This document shows positions 54,126-64,000 of a stretch of DNA of 64,000 bases, in pieces. Positions within the stretch are counted from its first letter, which is position 1; each line of letters opens with the position of its first letter. Below the pieces are notes generated by a model. It searched no databases. It was not told the origin of the DNA and worked only from the letters and a program-made list of their open reading frames with translations. The position numbers and the translations under genes were made by a program. The stretch comes from Paramecium tetraurelia (Eukaryota): assembly GCA_000165425.1 (NCBI GenBank), contig CT868660.1, positions 310,001 to 374,000 on the forward strand, read 5' to 3'.

Positions 54126-54541
54126 TCAACAAGGATTGGTCTTTGTCACCAATAAAGTGAATCCTTTTTTAGCCGAAACAAATTTTGTATTCTGATTGGT
54201 TTTACTGTATTTAAAGTTAAGGAACGATGTTTTTCTAGGCACTATTTTCGGAAGAGGATTAGTCAAGCGTTCAACAGATCTGGTAATCTTAGTATTGGAA
54301 CCCGTTCTAAATCAATATTTCCACATTGTTTACCTCATTGAATTAGGGTCTACAGGATATTAAAACATTATTGATATGTTTTGACAGAATGGTGATTAGT
54401 AGAGAGTCATTGCTTCATCATTTATTTCTTCAGAGAATTCCTAAACAACATTTAAAAAAAAATTACAGTTAAGATCTTACTCTTCATTTTAGTTGATCCA
54501 ACCTATTCTCTTTATTTCTTTTTTCCACCACAACAGAACAT
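54126..54541 (-). CDS. Small protein with an N-terminal MFCCG/polybasic (putative palmitoylation) motif
   Basis: MFCCGGKKKQRE...KKGFTLLVTKTNPC-TGA; two tiny introns restore the frame. Confidence 0.7.
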
Positions 54542-55377
54542 TTATCGATATCTCTTTGAAATATATTAATAATATCAATAAATAATCACTATTATTAATA
54601 AGAACTACTGTACTTATTTCTAGATGGCTACAGTTTTGATATCAATAATATCTATTCAGAATAATATATCATGAACCCAATCTCCCCTTCCCTCTTTTTA
54701 AAAATAAACCAAATAAATTTCATATAGATCATATTAGAAATAAAATTATATTCTTGAAAATTAAAAATAAAAACATAAATTCATGAACAACTTAAACTAC
54801 TCTAGAAGATAGGCCATCTTCAATCTTCTATTTCTATTTAGTTGAAATTCAATGACGAATAGTTAGTAAATAAATTACAATTAAACAAAATTGTATTGAA
54901 TTCTCAAAAAGCTCAATTTCTAAATTACAAAATAGTTTATTTAATGTGTATATAAATATCTAACTTAATAAATGTTCTATCAGAAAGGTATCTGGTTGCA
55001 AATATTTGAAACTAAGCATAGACTAATTAGAATATTATAAATTAGATTTCGAAAATAAATTAATTTCATTTCTTAAATAATAAATTTAGCTTCATGTAAT
55101 TACTATCAATTACAGTAGTAGTAATGGAATATAAGAAGAACAAGTTCTGTATAATTTCTTATGCTTTATACCATATTCGATAATGGCTATATTATTAACC
55201 ATTATAGTAACTAAATAATAAGAATGGTTATCTTAGGACTTATTTTTGAGCAATAATTTATTTACTATTTACTTATAATAAAGAATTTATCTATATACAC
55301 AATAAATGAATAAATATAATACATATTAATTATTGAATGAATTAATTTTATTTTTATTGATTCATTAAGTTGTTGGA

Positions 55378-56384
55378 ATGAAATAAGGTAAATTTAATAG
55401 TTAAATAAGAGTAATTGACCTAAACATTTTACAGTAAAATACCTAATTCACCTGCATATACTATGGGATCTAGAAAAAAAGACAATTTTATATTGGATAC
55501 TCCAGGTCCTGGAAAATACCACCCAATAATCCCTTTTAGATAAAGTCCAAGAGCAGTCATGTCAGGTTCAAAAGATTCCTTCTACAAAATAAGTGACTCA
55601 CCAGGACCTGGAAAATATAACTAATTGTCATACACTACCCATGGGTTTAAGTTTCCTTAAGAAAAGCGATAAGCGACCAATTACAATGACTCTCCAGGCC
55701 CAGCTAAATACAATCAAATCAATAAATCTTTAGCCCCTGCCTATGCCATTCCAAAAGCAGAAAGAACAACTAAAATAAATTCATTTTCAACTGGACCTGG
55801 ATGTTACAATATACCTTCGCTTTTACGATCAGATATTGGTTTCAAAATGCCAAAAAGTTAAAGAAAAAACAAGCTGGACATTTTGCCTGGTCCTGGAGAG
55901 TATAGTTTTTAGGATAACAAAACAAAGGGTATCAAAATTGGAACTAGTCCGAGAATGGAAAAATCTATGCTTATGGGACCAGGACCAGCAGATTATTCCC
56001 CTAGAATTACAACTGACTCATCTCCAAGAGCTGTTTTTGGTACATCATCAAGAGCAAAGAATTATCAAGACAAATTACCAGGCCCAGGTGATTATGAATT
56101 ACCTCAAAGCAGAAGTGTGAGCGTAAGAATAATAAATAATTAAGTTTTCATTTCCTAAATAAAATGTACAATAGCAATCCAAACCCTCTACTCCTTTCAG
56201 TTACATCAACGATTACACTAGCCTCAGAAAGACCTCGATGTCTTTTGGAAAAGCATAAAAAGGAAACCAAAAACCTGAATTTATTCCAGTATGAATTCAA
56301 CTAGCATTTTAGGGTCCAGGATAATATGAAATAGAAGGCTTCTTCAGAAGAAGAATAAAGACGAGAGATGGGTCAAATATTTGA
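55378..56384 (+). CDS. ODF3/STPG (SHIPPO-repeat) axonemal protein
   Basis: Eight PGPGxY-type repeats (TPGPGKY, SPGPGKY, SPGPAKY, TGPGCY, LPGPGEY, GPGPADY, LPGPGDY, IPGPGQY); three introns. Confidence 0.9.
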
Positions 56385-56500
56385 TTTTTACTACCTTTAA
56401 CTAAGTTTGTTATATATTCAAAAGATTATTTCTCATATAATTTATTGGGGAGAATGTAAAATTAATATTTATAATGTACATATATCTCACTGCGATTCCC

Positions 56501-56720
56501 TCAGTTATACTTAATAATTCTTAATGAATATATACTTTGTGGAAACCAATCAATTCATAGTTTTCTCTAAAACATCTTCTGCAAACATTCATGCCATATT
56601 TTCTGATCAAACCTTGTCTAGCAGCGCAGACTCTGCATTCTTTATTAATATTATTTATAGATAACCTCTTGAATCTTTTCCGTAGGTTCTTGGATGAGTT
56701 CTGAATAAATGGTTTGGCAT
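56501..56720 (-). CDS. RPS29: 40S ribosomal protein uS14 (S29)
   Basis: [55 protein letters not shown] after removing two introns. Confidence 0.97.
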
Positions 56721-58296
56721 TCTTACAATATTTTTTTTTAATTTTAAATATTTATTAAAATCTTCTTAATGAATACAACTATCTAACAAAAGCGTGTGTA
56801 ATTGTAAAATAAAAATTATGACTTCTTTTCAGAGAAACACAAATAATTTATTAAATAATCTATCTAAAGATAATTGAGATTTTCAAAATTCATTTACTTT
56901 TAGGTACAACATCTATTTCTACAAATTTATATAATTAATGAACATCTATCTATACATACATGCTAATTAAATAATATTATTAATAAAATTGAACATCGAA
57001 GTATTGTGAATTTTTGAGTAGACAAGTTATTATCAATAGTAAGCAGGCAAACTCAAAAAATAGTATTTGTCAAAATAGATGTTCCTAAACGTTTTCAATA
57101 CTTACTCATAGATAGATATTAAGACTCAAATGGCGAAGGGTTTGTTTTGAGTGAAAAAATTATAAGAAGAGAAGAGTTCTAACTTTAAGTAAAATTGCCT
57201 ATATAAATTATGAAATCGATTAAATTTTATAGAGAAATTAATTAATTTATCTCAAGTCAAAACTATTGATTATATGTTAAAATATTTTCATCTAAGTATA
57301 CAATTAAAACTATAAAGGAGAATCTTAACAAATCATCTTTCACTTTAAAATTTTCTGTTAATAAGGCTGGTATGTTTATAAGTTTATTTTTAGAATATTA
57401 TTAATGGTTTGATAACAGATGATTAACTTATTTATTATTCAAATCAAGATAGATATGGATCATAAGAAATTTACAAAAAAATATATATATTTTTTGCTTG
57501 AATTTTTATTAAATCCATTAGGATTTTTATATCTATCTTTATTGATTGAAGTATTTATGGTTTAAATGAATTTAAAGAGTAAGAAATCTAATTTTCCATT
57601 GACAATTTTTAAATTTCATTCTACTACAACTCTACTCTTTTTACATTTGACTTTTTTAGAGTGTCATCATTAAATAGAGTTTAAATACAACTTAAGTTGC
57701 TTCTCATAAAGCACTTATTTAAACTAAAATATTTTATATTTCCAGAAAGTATATTAATGTTTGTTCTTTGACTTAAGTGTCCGACTTCTTAAGATGTTAT
57801 GTAAATATTTTTTAATTTAAAAATTATTAAATATTATAATAAGTTATATAAGTCAAACAATTTAGTGGAAAATTTATTTAAGTAAAAGGCATAGATTTAA
57901 AATGATATTAAACACGTTTATAGCAAAACTCATAGGCATTCCTTCTCAGAACTTTAGTATAATTTTGCTTCCTTATAATCCAATTTAAAAAATTCAATCT
58001 TATATTTGTATTAATATGTTTCATGTTTGTAGGATATTTGAAACTATTACAAAAATAACCCAACTTTATATTCATAGACTTTTTAATACTACCAATTAAA
58101 ATAATTACTAATATTAGTAAACATCATTGTTAATTTTAATGAGATTCTTCTTTTTGTGCCTATTGTTTCTCAACTATTATTCTTTAGAAAGCTATGTATC
58201 TCCGAATTGAGTTGTAAGATATCAAAATAGTTAATAATAAACTTAAGTGTAGAACTACTTTTCTCTATTTTGTATGTTAATATAATAATTAATTAA

Positions 58297-59682
58297 ATGA
58301 GTATACGTTCAACAACTCCAAATAAGATGTTTGGAATTACAGAATTAGAGGACTATAAAATTACTCAATTCAAGCGCCCTTAAACTTCAATGAAGTTTTC
58401 ACTATAAAAAATTCAAGAAATTGGTTAATCACTCAACAATATTTTACAGAAAAAGAAACCACAGAATGATAAAAAAATATTGCAATTTTTCAATGATAGA
58501 TTCAATCAAAACTTGTAAGATATTAATACATCATCATTTTATGATTCTATAACTCAAGAGAAATAAACAATTTCTAAGAGAAAGTAGAATCATACCATTT
58601 TCGCTACCAATTACAGTCATTTGGGTGGAACTGAAACTGAAAGATCTCATAACAACATTAAAAATCAAAGGGAATCGTTTAAATATTTAAATAGCAACAG
58701 ATAAAACAAAAATTAAAATATTTCGTAAAAGATTAATAGTGGTCTTAGAAATTAATCTTGGATATGGGCCAACGATAACAATCATATTAACTAATGCTCT
58801 TTAGATTATAGTAAATCTGAAAACATCACAACTAGAAACAATCGAATTCACTAATCTAGTTAATCAATAATCTAAGATCTGGATTATTATTCTCTAAAAT
58901 CTATAGCTGTTCACATTTAAAATGATCCCAATCAAACCGATCTTATAGTATGCTGTCAAAATTACAAATTATATTAATTAAACTAATATTCGAAGATGGT
59001 CACATGCATAGGATAACATTATCGCCCGATTAAATAAATGACTAAAATTATCATCTAGGCTAATAACAAAACATTTTATACTAGTAGCAGTGACTGTTAG
59101 ATAATACAATGGATTTCTGATTCTATGCATGGACCTTTTAAATATTAATAATCGATTAGAATAGAAGAGCCTCCTATTTAATTGCATTTAGATTAATAAG
59201 GATCATTATATATTTTGACTGCCAATTTCTTGACCTTTCAAAGTTATAAAATACCATTAAGTGGAAATGTGAAATGCTTTAGTGTGACTCCTAAACAAAT
59301 AATTATTGCTATCGATAATTAAATACATTAAATAATTGATGATATAACTAATATTTAAAAAATATAACTTGATAAACATATCAAAACTATCTTCTATGAA
59401 GATCAACAATTATATATACTTACTACACAAAGATCATTAATTGTTTTTGATGATTAATAAAATAATTTAATATTTAATTCAGAAATTGAATTGGATGCTG
59501 ATTGGATATATGCTATGCCTAAGAATTAGATCATTATTCAAAAGGATAAATGTGTCATTATATAGTCCTTTCAAAGAACTCGGAAGTTTTAATTTGCTGA
59601 CAAAATTACTTGTTTACTACCCTTATCTTAATAGATATTAATAGGAGATTCAAACAAAACTATTAAAATTATTAAACTTTGA
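58297..59682 (+). CDS. Hypothetical protein with a disordered N-terminus and WD40-like C-terminus
   Basis: Frame from ATG 58297; beta-rich tail ending ITCLLPLSQQILIGDSNKTIKIIKL-TGA. Confidence 0.65.
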
Positions 59683-59736
59683 ATATATTATTTACTCAAT
59701 TCATATAAATTAAATTCAATACACACAATTATTAGA

Positions 59737-62700
59737 TCAATATTTTTAAGATTTAGATAAAAGCTACTCTTCCATAACCATCTCTCCTTGCTTAATTTAA
59801 TCAATTCTATCCTTAAATATACTTCTAATTTCTTATATACATTGATTGATGTCTTCTTAGACTTTTAATTCAGATTGAATAAAACCTATTAATTCTTCAT
59901 TATTAAATTCTGTTTTTTAAGATAAAATACAGTTTTTCAATTCATTAGTAACTCGATGTTAATGAATGTCTATTTGTTTTAATTACGGGATTAATTTCTC
60001 CCTTATGCTTAGCTTTTTCATTTTTTCGAATAGTTTTGATTGAGAATTAGTAAGTTCTAAATTTAATTTATAAGATTTTGATCTTAATGTGTTATATTCC
60101 TAAAATAGCAATTGTAACACAAAATTAACTTGCTATTTTTATTTAACCTCAATTTCAAGTTATTATTATCGTTTTATCTCTGGATCTTATTGTGTAGTTT
60201 AATCTTGCTTACTTAAAATTTCCTAAAATTTGTTTCTCATCAAATTTGCCAAATGAGGATCTTTCATATTTGATATATCCTTATATCGGTTTCTTTTGTG
60301 GCTATCAAGAAAATCAGTAATAATATTACTCAAGGATAAATCTATATTTCCATCTAACTCCTAGATATCTGGGATGTGATTAAGAATGTATTAAAACTCC
60401 TCAATTTTCAATGATTGCTCTAGAATATGATTCTCCTTTTATTTTTTTATTTCTAATTTGGATGACAGAATTTTTTAAAGTGCCTTGATTTCTTCTTCAT
60501 CTTATTTTTCTGATTAGATCTACTATTTTTTCAATGAAGAATTCTCTCTTTTTTTTCTGTCCTTTTCAATATCTTTCTCGGAATGTCCTATCTAATCTAC
60601 TTATTTAACTCTAAGTTCATCTTAAACTCCAAAAGAAAGAAAATGTTTTTAATGCTTAGTACTTCCCCCAGGTTTAGGTGTAGGATTTATAGATCTTGTA
60701 TAATTATCAGGAGTTGCAGATTCCTATTTTTCTTATATTATGTCATCAAGACAAAGATGCTACATTTTCACTTTAATTGATGGCCTTGCCTCAAAGTTAT
60801 GCCTCACTAAATGAGCATTATTATGATCTCTATCTTAACCAACTAATTAGTTTATCATACTATCATCTGTTCTTCCTGTATCTAATTAATCTTCCCTATT
60901 ATTTCTATTAAATCCTTATATATTTTAAAGATTAAGAGCCATTGAAAAACGAATTTTATTGATTTCCGATTCAAATTCTTATTTTTTAATTACTATTTAT
61001 TTTTATGAACTAGAAAATTGTTCTATTCCATTTTCACTCTCTCTTTATGTCTCACCAAATTCTTAAGTTCTTTAACTATTAATGTCATTACAATTAAATT
61101 CCAATTCAGTATCATTTTTATGAAATGAAGAGTTATTATTTATCATTTCTTAATTATTTGTTATTCTTGACTTCTTAGACCTTTAAGATTTAACTGACTT
61201 TTTATCAGAATCGCAAGACTAATTTTGATTTTCATCGTTACAATTAGTTTACTCATATTCTCTCTATTATTGATGATTATCACCCAATTTCTGATTATTT
61301 ATGATAGTATTTTTATTTTACACTTAATCCTCTAAATCATTTTGATCTTTTTCAATGATATACATACTTTCTTAATTAACTGAAGACTCTATCTAATTTA
61401 TTTCAAATCGATCTTTAGAATGGTTAATTTCTTAGTTTTATTTTAATTTACTTAAATTTAAATGTAATTTTTTCTCTTTTGCTTCTTAATCATTTAAATT
61501 AATTTCATCTAATTCGCACTATTATTCTTTTATTTTGACATTTTATTATTAAACAACATATATGCTGCCAATATCTTATATTTTAGGTTCACTCAAATCA
61601 ATATTATTAGATTACATACGTAACTAGTTATGATAACTTTAGAATTCTAATGTTTTTTAATCTTATTTATTTTACAAATATTTATCTTCATTCGATTTTT
61701 CATGCTCAAGAATATGAATATTATGTTCTGAATTGTTATGATCATCTCTAATCCCAGTTTAATTTTAATGGATTTAATCATTTACTTCATCAAAATTAGA
61801 GCAATTAATATTATCGATGCTCTCCACATTCTATCCATAATTATTTCCTTTATTGAAACTAGAGGAGATTTCTTTTTTTTCTTATTATGTATCTTGATTA
61901 TCAACAGTTGATTATTCTTTAGTTTAAGTTTAGTTTTATGGAGAATCAAATTACATTTTCTTTTTTATATCCCTTGATATTTCTTCATTCTAAATACTAT
62001 GTGAGTCTTCTTAATCAAACTTATTTATTTAGTATTTCTCTTATTCGTTTAATTCGTTTACTAATTATTATTGTTAATCCTTAAATATCTAATTATGAAT
62101 AAAATTCTAATTATTATTTTTAATCGCGTTATTAAAGAATAAATCCCCCCCCATTTAATCATTATGTTAATGGTAAATTAGGTCCTCTTAACATCCGTTC
62201 TCCTAATATGTTTGGATTTTATCTACTTTTACTTCTTCATCTTCGATACTCTAAGTTTTTGTAACAATTTCTTACCTTTTTTTACCAAAAAATTATACTT
62301 TTTCTCTTGTATTTTAGATTTGTTGAGTTATTTATGAATTTTAATTTCCTTATATTTCCTCTTATAAAAAATTTCTATCGTTTTAATTTTAAACTTTAAA
62401 GTATTATGAGGTTAATGAAGCCTTAGCTGATTTGATTTATTAAAATTGAGATTGATCATCTTGGATTATAATTTCTAAAAATTTGGTGCTTGATGTATTC
62501 TAAGATTATTTCTATAGAAAATTTACACTACTTTTTCTATAGGGGTTATCTGTTTTATGCGTTAGAATTAATTCACTAGTATCTCCATCAACCATCTCAT
62601 TAAATTATATTTGACTCATAGCCTCATTACTTTGCAAGTCCTCCTAAATTGTGTGCAATCTTTCCCCTATCTAATTTGGATAAGTTTAAATTTCTTTCAA

Positions 62701-63816
62701 TATCCGATATTCCTTTGTGTCTTCTGCAGATGATAATAAATTGACTTAATAATTAGCTTTATCCATTTAAATAGATTCAATCTAAGGCTAATATTTTGTT
62801 TTCTAGTTATCAGAATCATCCTATAAGTTAATTTCTTAATTATCTACTTAATTGATATCTAGACCACATGATTAATGATCATCATCATTTTCTATTAATT
62901 CTTGATCATCATTACTTAAATATTGCAGTTTTTCACTTGCTTAAATTAATTACTGGTTTACTAATTCTTATTGTTCTTCATCATTTTCAGTATAATGTTG
63001 CTCTGAGTAATTATTAGATTATTGCATTTAATCAAGTTAGTTTTAATCCTATTCAGACATGTCTTCATTTAGTGTTCCATCTATCTATTATCCTTCAGAT
63101 TAATCATTTACTAAATTTTCTTCAGTTTAATGACCATCATCTTAAAAGTCTTGCTATTGTATCAGATCTTTTTATTCTTGATCATTCAATTCCGCCTATT
63201 AATACAATTATTCTTGAGATTATTATTCTATTTAACTTTATTAGGAACTTAATTTTTATTTTGTTATTAGTATATCCTTGTTTGATGGAGATGGTTTACG
63301 ACTTGATGAATTAGAATTTAGTGACTTATTTAATTTATTAAAACTAGATGAACGATAAACCAACTAGTTTATTCCCTTTTTTAGAACAGAAATTTATTTT
63401 TATGATCCATCTTTTGGCTATTATGATTAATTTGTTATCAGAGTCTATTTTATCTTAGAATCACTTAGATTTTGTGGCTTCCCATCATTTTATTTTTGAG
63501 TTTTCTGCTTTAATGATGTTTTATTCGTAATTTTGCTTGGGGCTTTTAATACTGCTTATTCAATCATTTATGATGGAGACGTTTCTTTGCTTGCTATTCT
63601 CCTTTATGAAAGATTAAGGATTTTTGAACTAGACGATGTTCTACTATTCTATGTTGACTTATGCAAAGGTTTTATAAGAGTTGTAGTCGACCCCTTACTT
63701 ACATTTTTAGTTGAATTTTCTCTACTCAATTTTAAAGGGTTGGAGGAATCATTAGATGGTTATGAAATCTTTTAATGTGATTCTGGTTTAGAACTTTTAG
63801 AGGAAGCCTTTAGCAT
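59737..63816 (-). CDS. Very large Q/N/E-rich low-complexity protein with a coiled-coil C-terminus
   Basis: ATG at 63816 (MLKASSKSSKPESH...), ends EEQLLSKSQKY-TGA; not every internal codon was checked. Confidence 0.7.
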
Positions 63817-64000
63817 TGTTAATAATTTTTATAAACTTTCAATATATTAATAATTTGCTCAATAATACCTTTAGGATGAATATGCTTGATTTGAAAACTG
63901 AGTATTAAAATTAGGATATGCTGCTTATAATTATTGGTATGGCTATAGAGTTTAAGAATAACCTTAATATTTATTAGGTGAAATTAACTAGGCTTATTTA

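Noticed and set aside
55111..55151. TACAGTAG...TTCTGTA resembling IES ends
   Set aside because: Intergenic with no disrupted ORF to test; length (~39 bp) falls in a depleted IES size class; such motifs arise by chance in AT-rich DNA
55495..56325. Recurring ccaggNccNgg motifs that look like a spaced DNA repeat array
   Set aside because: Explained by PGPGxY protein repeats with synonymous variation; not CRISPR
1..64000. Selenoprotein (in-frame TGA) or transposon/telomere sequence
   Set aside because: No conserved protein needed an internal TGA; no transposase motif, long terminal inverted repeat or telomeric repeat was seen

Overview
AT-rich, gene-dense eukaryotic DNA that reads as a Paramecium-type ciliate macronuclear scaffold. 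TAA and TAG encode Gln, TGA is the only stop, and genes carry tiny (about 22-30 nt) GT..AG introns. The supplied standard-code ORF track is therefore fragmentary, so I re-translated by eye with genetic code 6. I find about 37 protein genes, one tRNA-Cys(GCA) and a 414-N assembly gap. Recognisable genes include the complex I 24-kDa subunit, two trichocyst matrix proteins, LITAF, citrate synthase, adenylate kinase, UTP13, a papain-family protease, GINS Psf1, XMAP215, asparagine synthetase, an SP-RING SUMO ligase, a CRAL-TRIO protein, RPS30, RPS29 and an ODF3/STPG protein. The most interesting observations are: a GTSF1/Asterix-like double zinc-finger gene directly downstream of a PIAS/SIZ SUMO E3 ligase; a bacterial DUF922-like HExxH protein; an asparagine synthetase with several altered catalytic motifs; a tRNA-Cys with paired A18/G55 elbow changes; a dual-frame segment in XMAP215; and divergent genes whose ATGs are 3 bp apart. 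All calls are by eye, without database searches.
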